Counted from the first letter of the stretch, positions 1 to 12,688 are shown. The stretch: 62,973 bases of DNA from Candidatus Nanopelagicaceae bacterium (GCA_036382195.1 DASVIG010000045.1:1-62973); one strand, 5' to 3'. Program-made: numbers and translations. The notes: generated by a model not told the origin, from the letters alone.

Positions 1-843
<843 letters not shown>

Positions 844-846
844 GAT

Positions 847-1479
847 TTATTTTTTGCCAACTACGGGAGATAATCCGACCGCCTTCTCGCGGGCATCAGG
901 ATCTCCGCATTCAACCAGCCAATTGGCCAACATTTCGTGACCATGCTCGGTCAGCACTGACTCGGGATGAAACTGCACGCCTTCAATCGGGAGAGTCTTG
1001 TGTCGCATCGACATCACAACACCAGACTCCGTCTCACCCGTTATTTCAATTTCCTCCGGAACACTGGCGCGTTCAACTGCAAGTGAGTGATAGCGCGTTG
1101 CATTGAAGGGGCTTGGAATGTCTTTCAGGACCCCGACTCCGCGGTGATAAACCAGTGATGTCTTCCCGTGGAGAAGTTCGGGCGCCTGCGAAACGGTGGC
1201 GCCAAATGCAACTCCGATCGCTTGATGTCCCAAGCAGACACCGAAGAGAGGAATGTGCTCGCGCGCGCAGTAATTGACCATCGCCACGCTGACTCCTGCC
1301 CGCTCGGGAGTGCCAGGTCCGGGCGAGATCAGAACCCCGTCATACTCACTGGCCTTGGCAACATCGACCTCGTCATTACGGGCTACGGTGCATTGCGCCC
1401 CTAATTGAGCCAAGTACTGGACGAGGTTAAAGACGAATGAGTCATAGTTATCTATGACCAGGATCTTTCTTGCAGACAT
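847..1479 (-). CDS. trpG: Anthranilate/aminodeoxychorismate synthase glutamine amidotransferase component II
   Basis: ILVIDNYDSFVFNLVQYL and GVCLGHQ (catalytic Cys) with a HPES motif. Start taken at M15 (MSARKILVIDNYDSF) by analogy with homolog N-termini; the ORF extends to 1521. Confidence 0.88.
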   Translation of the reverse strand: MSARKILVIDNYDSFVFNLVQYLAQLGAQCTVARNDEVDVAKASEYDGVLISPGPGTPERAGVSVAMVNYCAREHIPLFGVCLGHQAIGVAFGATVSQAPELLHGKTSLVYHRGVGVLKDIPSPFNATRYHSLAVERASVPEEIEITGETESGVVMSMRHKTLPIEGVQFHPESVLTEHGHEMLANWLVECGDPDAREKAVGLSPVVGKK

Positions 1480-1550
1480 AGGGGCAATTCTCTCGCATAA
1501 ACGGTTTCTCCCGCTTGCCACAGGTGTGAGACCTCGTGTTACCCTCGCCC

Positions 1551-1808
1551 ATGCCTAAGTCGAAACTCCGCAAGAAGGATAAGAAGTCCATCCCCGCAGA
1601 AATCCTTCACCCGGTCGCTGGACCGCTGGAAAGCCCGGGATGGCTGGCCCCAACCATGGTCGGAGCTTTTCTTATCGGCCTCATCTGGATAGTCGTTTTT
1701 TATGTCACATCGACTAGCTATCCAATTCCGGGCATTGGTGCTTGGAACATGGTTGTCGGCTTCGGTTTTATCGGCGTGGGATTCTCCCTCGCCACTAAAT
1801 GGCGGTAA
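1551..1808 (+). CDS. crgA: Cell division membrane protein CrgA
   Basis: MPKSKLRKK N-terminus plus two TM helices, a small protein in the conserved position near pknB/ppiA. The ORF opens at 1536; the ATG at 1551 gives the canonical N-terminus. Confidence 0.85.
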   Translation: MPKSKLRKKDKKSIPAEILHPVAGPLESPGWLAPTMVGAFLIGLIWIVVFYVTSTSYPIPGIGAWNMVVGFGFIGVGFSLATKWR

Positions 1809-1830
1809 TTGCCGAATTACACCCCTGTAA

Positions 1831-1863
1831 TTCTCCACATAGTGGATAACTCCTGTGGATAAC
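1831..1863. promoter_or_regulatory. Cluster of three DnaA-box-like 9-mers in the convergent crgA/rhomboid spacer
   Basis: TTCTCCACA (1831-1839), AGTGGATAA (1841-1849, reverse complement TTATCCACT) and TGTGGATAA (1855-1863, reverse complement of the perfect TTATCCACA). Confidence 0.5.
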
Positions 1864-2418
1864 TCACACCCTTTTTCGAAGTAAGACTGTGGCCGCGATG
1901 GCGCCGCCGATGAGGCCGCCTAAGTGCGCATGCCAATCGATATTCGGAAGCATAAAACCCAGCGCAAAGTTAATACCGATGAGGACCAGGATGCTCCTGA
2001 CATCCACTCCAATTCTTCGTCCGGTAACGGCGAGCGCCCCGAAAAGGCCAAAGAGAGCACCTGAGGCACCCACCGATGGCTGATTAACTGGGCTCAGGAC
2101 AAGGGATGTCAATGATCCGGCGATCAGCGAGATGAAGAAGATCGCAAGAAATCGGTACCGGCCAAATGCCTGCTCGATTGGATTGCCCAAAACGAAGAGT
2201 GCCCACATGTTGAAGGCAAGGTGCAGGAAACCGCCATGAACGAGCGCGACGGTGAGGATCCGGTACCACTCGCCGGTGGCAACACCATGCACCGCGCCAT
2301 CGCTGAGGATGGCTTTATTGATTAGGAAAAGATGTTCTTGTATCGACGGGTCGATCAACTGCAGGAGATAGAACCCACAAATAATTGTGATTAATGCAGT
2401 TGTGGCGTTCCGTTTCAC
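1864..2418 (-). CDS. Rhomboid family intramembrane serine protease
   Basis: Multi-TM protein with [12 protein letters not shown] (GxSG catalytic Ser) and a downstream HLGG His. GTG start overlaps the ppiA stop (GTGA). Confidence 0.85.
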   Translation of the reverse strand: MKRNATTALITIICGFYLLQLIDPSIQEHLFLINKAILSDGAVHGVATGEWYRILTVALVHGGFLHLAFNMWALFVLGNPIEQAFGRYRFLAIFFISLIAGSLTSLVLSPVNQPSVGASGALFGLFGALAVTGRRIGVDVRSILVLIGINFALGFMLPNIDWHAHLGGLIGGAIAATVLLRKRV

Positions 2419-2930
2419 GCGATTGTGACTGAGTTAATCGTTACTGGTGTAGTAGGGCGATCTTGAGCGTCAGTCTTACTCTTTCCAATTGCGTCAACAA
2501 CCGTCCGGCTGGCTGGGTCTTTTACCTCACCGAAGATGGTGTGTTTACGGTTGAGCCATGTGGTCGGTGCCAAAGTGATAAAGAATTGGGATCCATTAGT
2601 TCCTGGCCCAGAGTTCGCCATCGCCAAAATATATGGTCGGTCAAAGACCAATTCCCCATGGAACTCATCTGCAAAGCGGTAACCAGGGCCACCAGTGCCG
2701 CGACCGAGGGGATCTCCGCCTTGAATCATGAACCCTCCGATAACCCGGTGAAAAACAGTGTTATCAAAGAGGTTTGCCGTGGTCTTCTCGCCGGTGCGAG
2801 GATCGGTCCATTCGCGGGCGCCTGTTGCTAATTCAACAAAATTCGCGACGGTTTTAGGTGCGTGGTTGGGCAGCAACTCAATAACGATGTCGCCCATGGA
2901 GGTGTGCAGGGTTGCCGAAGTGTTTGTCAT
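2415..2930 (-). CDS. ppiA: Peptidyl-prolyl cis-trans isomerase (cyclophilin type)
   Basis: [15 protein letters not shown] and [10 protein letters not shown] cyclophilin signatures. The N-terminal [10 protein letters not shown] resembles actinobacterial PpiA. Confidence 0.93.
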   Translation of the reverse strand: MTNTSATLHTSMGDIVIELLPNHAPKTVANFVELATGAREWTDPRTGEKTTANLFDNTVFHRVIGGFMIQGGDPLGRGTGGPGYRFADEFHGELVFDRPYILAMANSGPGTNGSQFFITLAPTTWLNRKHTIFGEVKDPASRTVVDAIGKSKTDAQDRPTTPVTINSVTIA

Positions 2931-2931
2931 G

Positions 2932-3004
2932 TGGAGACTAGGGGAATCGAACCCCTAACCTCTGCCTTGCAAAGGCAGCGCTCTACCAATTGAGCTAAGT
3001 CCCC
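2932..3004 (-). tRNA. tRNA-Ala (anticodon UGC)
   Basis: The reverse complement reads GGGGACTTAGCTCAATTGGTAGAGCGCTGCCTTTGCAAGGCAGAGGTTAGGGGTTCGATTCCCCTAGTCTCCA. It has a cloverleaf, a G3:U70 pair and anticodon loop TTTGCAA. No CCA is encoded. Confidence 0.95.
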
Positions 3005-3017
3005 GTGGTTAACGGGG

Positions 3018-3092
3018 TGGGCCTTGGAGGACTTGAACCTCCGACCTCTTCCTTATCAGGGAAGCGCTCTAACCAGGCTGAGCTAAAGGCCC
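3018..3092 (-). tRNA. tRNA-Ile (anticodon GAU)
   Basis: The reverse complement reads GGGCCTTTAGCTCAGCCTGGTTAGAGCGCTTCCCTGATAAGGAAGAGGTCGGAGGTTCAAGTCCTCCAAGGCCCA. The anticodon loop is CTGATAA. It is followed by CCC rather than CCA. Confidence 0.95.
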
Positions 3093-3149
3093 GAAAACCT
3101 GCGTAAGGGTACAGGTAAGAGGAGGTAGACCCCAAACTGTAATTATTTC

Positions 3150-5618
3150 CTACACCGCCTCCGTCTCGGCGCTCTTGGTTACTGATATGACTTGCACGCC
3201 TTCGGCCAGGTTAACTAAACGAACTCCCATGGAATCGCGCCCGGTCTGGCGCACTTCCGCCGCAGGCGTACGCATAACCGTGCCGGCAGATGTAATTGCA
3301 AGAACCTCATCTTCATCGCGGAGAACTAGTGCACTTACCAAGACCCCACGGGAGTCTTCGTCGATCTTCGCAGCCTTAATGCCAATTCCCCCTCGTCCTT
3401 GGAGACGGTATTCATCCAACGGAGTCTTCTTGCCGTAACCACCATCGGTGGCGGTGAAAACCAGGAGATTGGAATCTTCCGAATTGATCCGGGCCATCGT
3501 GAGAAGTTCGTCTCCGGCCCGGAACTTCATGCCTATCACGCCGGTTGTTGAACGGCCCATCGGACGGAGAGATTCATCGTCTGCGGTAAAGCGCATCGCC
3601 ATTCCTTTTCTGGAGACAAGAAGCAACTCGTCTCTGCCATCTACCAAAGAGGCACTGACGACTTCGTCACCTGGTTTCAAATTGATAGCAATAAGCCCTC
3701 CGGCGCGCGATGAGTCATATTCGCCTAATGGGGTCTTCTTCACGAGCCCACTCTTGGTTGCAAGAACGAGGTACGGAGCCACTAGATAATTCTTCAAAGA
3801 CAGGACTTGGGCAATCTGCTCATCCGGCTTGAAGGCCATTAAATTGGCAACATGCTGGCCCCGTGCATCGCGACCGGAGTCTGGAAGCTCATGGACCTTA
3901 GCCCGATACACACGTCCTTGGTTGGTGAAGAAAAGTAACCAGTCATGTGTAGATGCGACAAAGAAATGATCCACCACATCATCTTGTTTCAGAGCAGCAC
4001 CTCTGACGCCTTTGCCTCCACGTTTCTGTGACCGATAGAGATCCGCACGTGTCCGTTTTGCATATCCCGTATGTGTAATGGTGACAACAGCGTCCTGATC
4101 TGGAATGAGATCCTCCGCCGAGAAATCGCCTTCACTGGCAATTATCTGGGTGCGCCGTTCGTCGCCGTACTTTGAAACCACATCAGAAAGCTCTGATTTG
4201 ATTATTTCACGTTGTTTTTCTGGACTGGCGAGGATCGCTGTCAGTTCAATGATGTCCGACATGAGACCGTCATATTCATCGTTGATCTTCTGCCGCTCAA
4301 GAGCAGCAATGCGTCGCAACTGCATGTCCAAAATCGCATTTGCCTGGATTTCGTCCACGTCCAACAACTTCATCAAACCGGTACGGGCTTCTTCAGGGGT
4401 CGAACTTGCACGGATTAATGCAATAACCGCATCCAAAGCATCGAGAGCCTTGAGATAGCCGCGGAGGATATGAGCGCGTCTCTCTTTTTCTGCCAAGCGG
4501 TACTTCGTGCGACGGACAACTACTTCTACCTGATGATCGATGTAATAACGAACAAATTCATCCAGACGAAGAGTGCGTGGAACACCATCGACAAGAGCCA
4601 ACATGTTGGCCCCGAAAGTGTCCTGTAGTTGCGTCTGCTTATATAGATTGTTGAGAACAACTTTGGGGGTTGCGTCATTGCGAAGCACAACCACTAAACG
4701 TTGGCCTAGGCGCTCATTTCCTTCATCCCGAACGTCGGCAATTCCTTTAATCTTTCCGTCTTTAACCAGTTCGGCAATTTTTAAAGCCAAATTATCAGGG
4801 TTAACTTGATAAGGAAGTTCGGTAATAACCAGGCAAGTGCGCTTGTTGATTTCTTCGACAAGGACAACTGCCCGCATCGTGATGGAACCACGCCCGGTGC
4901 GATATGCACTCTCGATCCCGGTCCGACCAACGATGAGTGCTCTGGTTGGGAAATCGGGACCTTTAACAACTCTCAGAAGTTCTGTGAGCAGTTCCTCTGA
5001 CTTTGCCTCTGGATGCTCGAGTGCCCAGATGACTCCCTCTGCGATCTCACGCAAGTTGTGAGGAGGAATATTGGTGGCCATGCCCACGGCAATTCCGGCG
5101 CTGCCATTAACCAGGAGATTCGGGAAACGACTAGGAAGTACGTCCGGCTCCTCTGAGCGACCATCGTAATTGGGGGAGAAATTGACGGTGTCTTCATCAA
5201 TATCCCGCATCATCTCCATTGCCATAGGAGAGAGACGAGCCTCCGTGTACCGCATGGCAGCAGCAGGATCATTACCCGGAGAACCGAAGTTTCCGTTGCC
5301 ATCTACAAGTGGGTAGCGAAGAGACCACGATTGGGCCAGTCGAACGACAGTGTCGTAAATAGCGCCATCCCCGTGGGGATGATATTTACCCATAACGTCG
5401 CCAACGATTCGAGAAGATTTGTAGTATCCCTTATCTGGCCGGTAACCCCCGTCATACATAGCAAAAAGAACTCGCCGGTGAACTGGCTTCAAGCCATCGC
5501 GGACATCGGGGAGGGCGCGGCCGACAATGACACTCATCGCATAGTCAAGGTACGAACGTGCCATCTCCACCTGGAGATCGACTACTTCGATGCGATCAAA
5601 CTTCTTGAGCTCGTCCAT
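3150..5618 (-). CDS. gyrA: DNA gyrase subunit A
   Basis: 822 aa. It has a QRDR-like segment [11 protein letters not shown] and the active-site region AAMRYTE, with a C-terminal beta-pinwheel repeat region. It lies downstream of gyrB. Confidence 0.97.
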   Translation of the reverse strand: MDELKKFDRIEVVDLQVEMARSYLDYAMSVIVGRALPDVRDGLKPVHRRVLFAMYDGGYRPDKGYYKSSRIVGDVMGKYHPHGDGAIYDTVVRLAQSWSLRYPLVDGNGNFGSPGNDPAAAMRYTEARLSPMAMEMMRDIDEDTVNFSPNYDGRSEEPDVLPSRFPNLLVNGSAGIAVGMATNIPPHNLREIAEGVIWALEHPEAKSEELLTELLRVVKGPDFPTRALIVGRTGIESAYRTGRGSITMRAVVLVEEINKRTCLVITELPYQVNPDNLALKIAELVKDGKIKGIADVRDEGNERLGQRLVVVLRNDATPKVVLNNLYKQTQLQDTFGANMLALVDGVPRTLRLDEFVRYYIDHQVEVVVRRTKYRLAEKERRAHILRGYLKALDALDAVIALIRASSTPEEARTGLMKLLDVDEIQANAILDMQLRRIAALERQKINDEYDGLMSDIIELTAILASPEKQREIIKSELSDVVSKYGDERRTQIIASEGDFSAEDLIPDQDAVVTITHTGYAKRTRADLYRSQKRGGKGVRGAALKQDDVVDHFFVASTHDWLLFFTNQGRVYRAKVHELPDSGRDARGQHVANLMAFKPDEQIAQVLSLKNYLVAPYLVLATKSGLVKKTPLGEYDSSRAGGLIAINLKPGDEVVSASLVDGRDELLLVSRKGMAMRFTADDESLRPMGRSTTGVIGMKFRAGDELLTMARINSEDSNLLVFTATDGGYGKKTPLDEYRLQGRGGIGIKAAKIDEDSRGVLVSALVLRDEDEVLAITSAGTVMRTPAAEVRQTGRDSMGVRLVNLAEGVQVISVTKSAETEAV

Positions 5619-5645
5619 TATCTGCCTCTGTTAATTATTCGTTAA

Positions 5646-7622
<1,977 letters not shown>

Positions 7623-7823
7623 TTACCTTGCTCCAACCAAGCCCTCCGAATGAGGAAGATGGTTCTAGAGGCTTTCTAAGGAGATTATCCCCATTTGAAC
7701 TCCTTTATCCTACCGTGAAATTGAGATTAATTTAGCGCAGATAAGCCTTTGAGGTGGGTGTAGGGACACGAACTTATATAGGGTGGAGGGGCACCCTATT
7801 GAGAAGGTAAAAATGACCTCTTT

Positions 7824-8279
7824 TTAGCCGTAGGTATCGCGGGGACCGCGAGCCCCTTTTATGGTCCGAATCCCTTTTTTCCATGAAGGCCCTTGCGGGC
7901 CGATGACCAGAATACTCTCGACTAATACCCCTGGAGCGCTGGTCTGAATGGTCCGTAATAGGTCTGGACTTACCAGCCGAAGTTGCGTCGCCCAGGCGGT
8001 TGAGGATGTCTGCAAGGTTAAAACGCCGTCCAGTATGGAGATGGGGGTGGCGTGAAGTGAGATCTCCACGCCCACAATGTCAGGCCAGGTGGAAAAAAGA
8101 GTTCCTTCGGCAATACCTCCTTTCCAGTCCCTCTCTTCTATGAGATGAGAGAGAAGATCTGCAAGAAGTTGGGGATCTGTCGGAGCCGTGGTTGTCTCTT
8201 TGACCTTTTTTTTCTTGTTTTGCTTTCCGGTTTGAAAAGAATGGAAGAGATCAAGGGCTAAATCGCGTTTTGCCATCAC
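7824..8279 (-). CDS. dciA: DUF721/DciA-family protein (replicative helicase operator, Rv0004-like)
   Basis: Small protein between recF and gyrB with a DUF721-like core (WPDIVGVEISLHATPISILDGVLTLQTSSTAWATQLRL). It has a 4-nt overlap with the recF stop. Confidence 0.8.
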   Translation of the reverse strand: MMAKRDLALDLFHSFQTGKQNKKKKVKETTTAPTDPQLLADLLSHLIEERDWKGGIAEGTLFSTWPDIVGVEISLHATPISILDGVLTLQTSSTAWATQLRLVSPDLLRTIQTSAPGVLVESILVIGPQGPSWKKGIRTIKGARGPRDTYG

Positions 8280-9370
8280 TCTCTCTTTTCCAGTACTCGT
8301 CCCGGCACTACATATCGGCGTTGACTTTCAAGACCACTTGGTAAATCACCCTCGACTGCCGCTGTAATGATCGTCTGCTGCGCTATCTGCGTCGCTTTCA
8401 TTAATTGGAGACGGCGAGAGGTATCGAGTTCGGCAAATACATCGTCAAGGATAAGTATCGGCTCGGTGCCCTCGCTTCTCAAGAGGTCGAAGGCCCCTAG
8501 ACGTAACGAAATTGCCATCGACCACGACTCTCCGTGGCTTGCGTACCCTTTCGCCGGAAAGTCTCCTACTTGTAAATGTAAGTCATCTCTATGGGGCCCG
8601 ATAAGAGTGATCCCTCTTTCGACTTCTTGGTATTGAATTTCAAGCAGCCGTTCGCTGAGGATTTCTCGATTCTGGGCGGAACTATTAGAGAGTCCATTTG
8701 TGGAGGACTTGTAGGAAATCGCAACTGGCTTCACCTCGTTTAAGTTTGAATAGTTTTCACTAACCCAAGGATTGAGTAATTCGCACAAAGTGATCCGTTC
8801 CGCTGTTAGCACAGCCCCTAGTTCAAGTAACTTCTCATTCCATGGATCTAATGCACTCTGTGAGGTTCTGGTTTTCAAGAGGGTGTTTCTCTGTTTTACG
8901 ACTCTCTCATAGTCACTAATAACACCGGACAATCGAGGAGATCGCGATATAAGTAGACGATCCAAAAAATCTCTTCGTGTCGCGGGGTCTCCCCGAACTA
9001 AATCCAAATCTTCTGGTGAGAAATAAACGACCTGGCATGCCCCAAGGATTTCTCTCTGGCTTCGAACTGGATTTTGATTGAGCTTAGCGCGATTTGCCCT
9101 ATTTATATTTATTTCCAAATCCACCTGTAACGTCCGGTCATCTTTGGCAATTTCCGCGCGAATAATTGCTTGTTCTGCCCCTAGAGATATCAGTGGTTGA
9201 TTCTGGGAGACGCGATGAGAGGACAAGAAGGACAAATAGATAATAGCCTCAGCGATATTGGTCTTGCCTGAACCATTGTCACCAATAAAAGTTGTGGTGC
9301 CACTCTGTAACGTTAGGTCTAACTGCGGATAAGACCTAAAGTTGGTGAGAGAGAGTTGGTTGATACGCAT
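8276..9370 (-). CDS. recF: DNA replication/repair protein RecF
   Basis: Walker A GDNGSGKTN, an SMC-like signature and Walker B ILILDDVFAELD. Position is between dnaN and gyrB. Confidence 0.95.
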   Translation of the reverse strand: MRINQLSLTNFRSYPQLDLTLQSGTTTFIGDNGSGKTNIAEAIIYLSFLSSHRVSQNQPLISLGAEQAIIRAEIAKDDRTLQVDLEININRANRAKLNQNPVRSQREILGACQVVYFSPEDLDLVRGDPATRRDFLDRLLISRSPRLSGVISDYERVVKQRNTLLKTRTSQSALDPWNEKLLELGAVLTAERITLCELLNPWVSENYSNLNEVKPVAISYKSSTNGLSNSSAQNREILSERLLEIQYQEVERGITLIGPHRDDLHLQVGDFPAKGYASHGESWSMAISLRLGAFDLLRSEGTEPILILDDVFAELDTSRRLQLMKATQIAQQTIITAAVEGDLPSGLESQRRYVVPGRVLEKRE

Positions 9371-9374
9371 TCAT

Positions 9375-10505
9375 TTATGAGGCGTAGCGCATCGGCATAA
9401 GCATGTACCGATAATTCTCGATCGCCTCGCCGTCTCGCTCGGTTTTGCCGGCAAGAATGGCTGGCTTATTTGAACCAGTGAATGAAATCTGAGCAAATGG
9501 CGTCCCTATAGCCTGCAAACCATCAGCTAGAAAAGTTGGGTTGAAAGCGATAGTGATGGGTTCTCCTATTAAGAGAATATCCAGAGTTTCAGTAGCTTGT
9601 GCTTCTTCCCCCGTGCCAGCTTCTAGTTCGAGCAACCCTTCGGTGAAAGAAAGGCGCAACGGCACTGTCTTGTCGGCGACAAGGGCAACCCGCCGAACAG
9701 AATCTAGGAATGGCGCTACTTCGACGACTGCTGTCGTTGTGACGTCTTGTGGGAGGAGATGCCGGTATGGTGGAAAAGTTCCATCCAACATTCTCGAGGT
9801 CATTGTTTTCCCATCGCCGGCGAAACCGGCTAAACGATCATGGGACGAGGCCGGCGCGAAAGAAATGGAAATATTTTTCGTTCCTGTGAGGGATTTTGCC
9901 GCCTCCGCCAATGTGCGTGCACGAAGCAATGCCGACGTCTCTAAACTTGGCTGTGTTGCTTGCCACTGTACTTCGCGTACAGCTAATCGATAGCGGTCCG
10001 TAGCCGCTAGTGTGATTGTGTCTTCATTAATTTCAATATGAACACCGGTTAGTGTCGGAAGTGAATCATCGCGACCTGCCGCAATTGCAACTTGTGCTAC
10101 TGCGTGAGCAAAGACATCGCTTGGAATAATTCCGGTCGTCTCTGGAAGTTCTGGCAGACTGGGATAATCGTTTAAGGTGAGAGTAGGCAAAGTAAACTTT
10201 GCGCTTCCTGAAGTTACAATTACTCGAGAACCTTCCAGTTGCACTGTGACAGGTTTTGGTGGGAGTGATCGTGAAATTTCAGCGAGTAATCTCCCCGGCA
10301 CGAGAACTTTTCCGGGTTGGTTAATCTCGGCGGGGAAATTTGCCTTGCTGGAGGTCTCTAAATCCGAACCTGAGAGAAATACCTGATTTTCCTGCGCATC
10401 TATAACAATGCCCAATAAAGCCGTCATAATGGGGCGAGAAGACAAACTTCTAGATACCCAATTGACGGCATCAGCCAACACCTGCTGTTCGACGGTAAAT
10501 TTCAC
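9375..10505 (-). CDS. dnaN: DNA polymerase III beta sliding clamp
   Basis: 376 aa with a three-domain clamp-like sequence ending MLMPMR, immediately downstream of dnaA/oriC. Confidence 0.95.
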   Translation of the reverse strand: MKFTVEQQVLADAVNWVSRSLSSRPIMTALLGIVIDAQENQVFLSGSDLETSSKANFPAEINQPGKVLVPGRLLAEISRSLPPKPVTVQLEGSRVIVTSGSAKFTLPTLTLNDYPSLPELPETTGIIPSDVFAHAVAQVAIAAGRDDSLPTLTGVHIEINEDTITLAATDRYRLAVREVQWQATQPSLETSALLRARTLAEAAKSLTGTKNISISFAPASSHDRLAGFAGDGKTMTSRMLDGTFPPYRHLLPQDVTTTAVVEVAPFLDSVRRVALVADKTVPLRLSFTEGLLELEAGTGEEAQATETLDILLIGEPITIAFNPTFLADGLQAIGTPFAQISFTGSNKPAILAGKTERDGEAIENYRYMLMPMRYAS

Positions 10506-10873
10506 GCCGCACCTCTCGTAACACCTAGTAACTCGCTAACCTCAAACCGAGGCGCTCGTGCGTGAAAGTCTTTCACAAAGTTCTCCACCCTCAACCTTTA
10601 CATAGATATAGATAGTCGTAGTAACCAGAGCTTGTAACTGTGGGTAAGTATAAAAAAAGCAGGTCAGAGTGGAAGTCTTACCTTTTTCTACTGTTAATAA
10701 CTAGAGATTCCTTGGGGGTATCTCCGCCCACCCTTCTCTATTCGTCTAACTCCACTCCCTCTTCTTTATAGATCTACAACCTTCACCCACAACTTAAAGG
10801 CCTTCATCCACAGTTATCCACAAGATTTCCCCAACCTGGGGGTAAACGCCCCCAAATAGGACATTTCACCCAA
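10506..10873. other. Probable oriC (dnaA-dnaN intergenic region with DnaA boxes and AT-rich tracts)
   Basis: TTATCCACA occurs at 10814-10822. One-mismatch boxes lie at 10804-10812 (TCATCCACA) and 10639-10647 (TGTGGGTAA). Weaker boxes lie at 10581-10589 and 10783-10791. AT-rich CATAGATATAGATAG (10601-10615) and GTATAAAAAAAGC (about 10648-10660) are present. Location is the canonical actinobacterial oriC. Confidence 0.75.
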
Positions 10874-12280
10874 TTAGTTATTTTTTGCCTGTTGTTTGAT
10901 CCGGTTGGTGAGTTCAGTAACCTGATTATAAATGGAACGTCTCTCGGCCATAAGGTGACGGATCTTCCGGTCGGCATGCATGACGGTCGTGTGGTCACGT
11001 CCACCAAACATCTGCCCAATTTTAGGTAGGGAGAGCTCGGTAAGTTCACGACATAGGTACATGGCAATTTGCCGGGCATTCACCAGGACCCTAGAGCGGG
11101 AGGTGCCGCAGAGATCATCGAGAGTCAGGCTGAAATAAGCCGCAGTCTGGGCCATGATGGTTGCCCCCGTGATTTCAGGAGTCGACTCGTTCGGGATGAG
11201 ATCTTTAAGAACAATCTCGGCCAAACTCAAATCAACGCCCTGTCTATTTAAACTGGCAAAAGCGGTAACACGGATAAGGGCACCTTCGAGTTCGCGGATG
11301 TTGGTGGAGATCTTGCTCGCTATATATTCAAGAACATCATCGGGCGCATTCAATTTATCTTGGGCGGCTTTCTTGCGCAGGATGGCAATACGCGTCTCGA
11401 GTTCAGGCGGTTGAATGTCAGTGATCAATCCCCATTCAAATCGACTGCGGAGGCGATCTTCAAGGGTTGTTAACTGCTTTGGCGGGCGGTCACTCGAAAT
11501 AACAATCTGCTTATTCGCGTTATATAAAGTATTAAATGTATGAAAGAACTCTTCCTGTGTCCGTTCCTTGTTCTCTAAAAACTGGATGTCATCAACTAAA
11601 AGAACGTCTAAATCACGATATCTACGCTGAAAAACCGATGCTTTATCGTCGCGGATGGAGTTAATAAAGTCGTTGGTGAATTCCTCGCTCGAGACATATC
11701 TAACCCGCACGCCTCCGTACAATTCTTTAGCGTATGCACCAATGGCGTGCAACAAATGTGTCTTTCCCAGACCTGATTCGCCGTAAATAAAGAGAGGGTT
11801 GTAGGCCTTTGCAGGAGCTTCCGCAACTGCCACCGCTGCAGCATGAGCAAATCTGTTGGAGGCGCCAATAACAAAAGTCTCAAAAATGTAGCGGGGGTTG
11901 AGTTGGGATACTTCGGCAGTCTTATTGCCAGCACTGTCATCGCGCCCGGTTCCGGATTTCGGAGCAATAAATTCAATCTCTACCTCTGGTTGGGGGGGGC
12001 TAGGGATTTCCAAGGTCTCATCAATTGTGACGGCTATATTTGTTTTCTCCCCCAATTCGCGGGAGAGGACTTCGCTCACAATGTTTCGTAGGCGCGTCTC
12101 AAGGACGTCTTTGGCAAAAGCATTGGGGGCCGCCACGAGGAGGTTGGTCGCGCCGTTGCCTTTGAGGAGTCCAAGGGGTTTGGTTAGCGAAAGGAAGGCC
12201 CGGTGTTGGGGGGTATCTATAGCCACATCAGCAATGACGCGATCCCAGAGTTCTGTGAGGTCGTTGCCTATTATGGTCAT
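10874..12280 (-). CDS. dnaA: Chromosomal replication initiator protein DnaA
   Basis: AAA+ Walker [14 protein letters not shown] and a C-terminal DnaA-box binding domain ([11 protein letters not shown]). Start is taken at MTIIGNDL (ATG 12280, preceded by GAAAGG); the ORF extends to 12307. Confidence 0.95.
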   Translation of the reverse strand: MTIIGNDLTELWDRVIADVAIDTPQHRAFLSLTKPLGLLKGNGATNLLVAAPNAFAKDVLETRLRNIVSEVLSRELGEKTNIAVTIDETLEIPSPPQPEVEIEFIAPKSGTGRDDSAGNKTAEVSQLNPRYIFETFVIGASNRFAHAAAVAVAEAPAKAYNPLFIYGESGLGKTHLLHAIGAYAKELYGGVRVRYVSSEEFTNDFINSIRDDKASVFQRRYRDLDVLLVDDIQFLENKERTQEEFFHTFNTLYNANKQIVISSDRPPKQLTTLEDRLRSRFEWGLITDIQPPELETRIAILRKKAAQDKLNAPDDVLEYIASKISTNIRELEGALIRVTAFASLNRQGVDLSLAEIVLKDLIPNESTPEITGATIMAQTAAYFSLTLDDLCGTSRSRVLVNARQIAMYLCRELTELSLPKIGQMFGGRDHTTVMHADRKIRHLMAERRSIYNQVTELTNRIKQQAKNN

Positions 12281-12541
12281 ATAAGACCTTTCTGGAACAA
12301 TCCACAAGTTTACCCACAGGCTGTGGTCTAAACCCCAACTTGAGCCTTCCGGCCCTGTGGAGGGGATTGAAAACTAGAGGGATTCGTTCAGAAAAGCAAG
12401 TAGTTATCCACAAGAGTAGCGGGCTACTTCTCAGATTTATCGGGAAAAGAGAAGTGAGTTTGACCCTCTTATCCCCAGACCTCTACCGTTACCTCCTCAT
12501 TTGTATTAATCGGTCTTTTTACGTATTTTCAAGGAGTTCTC
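12281..12541. promoter_or_regulatory. Divergent dnaA / rpmH promoter region with DnaA boxes
   Basis: A perfect TTATCCACA lies at 12404-12412 and TTACCCACA at 12310-12318. CAATCCACA lies at 12297-12305 and TGTGGAGGG at 12356-12364. Confidence 0.65.
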
Positions 12542-12679
12542 ATGACTAAGCGCACTTTCCAGCCGAATGTTCGCCGGCGCGCGAAGAAACATGGTTTTCG
12601 CGCTCGCATGGCAACCCGTGCTGGCCGAGCCGTTCTTTCTGCCCGCCGCGCTAAAGGTCGCGCTCGAATCTCCGCGTAA
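12542..12679 (+). CDS. rpmH: 50S ribosomal protein L34
   Basis: Not in the ORF track because it is only 45 aa. My translation is [45 protein letters not shown]. An AAGGAG RBS lies upstream. Confidence 0.95.
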   Translation: MTKRTFQPNVRRRAKKHGFRARMATRAGRAVLSARRAKGRARISA

Positions 12680-12688
12680 ACCACACTC

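Noticed and set aside
7778-7799. Hairpin ATAGGGTG-GAGGGG-CACCCTAT downstream of dciA and upstream of gyrB, considered as a terminator
   Set aside because: There is no U-tract on either strand after the stem. It may be a regulatory or structural element of the gyrB promoter region, but I cannot support a terminator call.
10804-11079. ORFs crossing the origin and promoter spacers (10804..11079, 12228..12413, 12340..12549, 12567..12761)
   Set aside because: They overlap dnaA or rpmH/rnpA or run through DnaA-box DNA. They have no RBS or protein-like features. The real small gene here is rpmH at 12542..12679.
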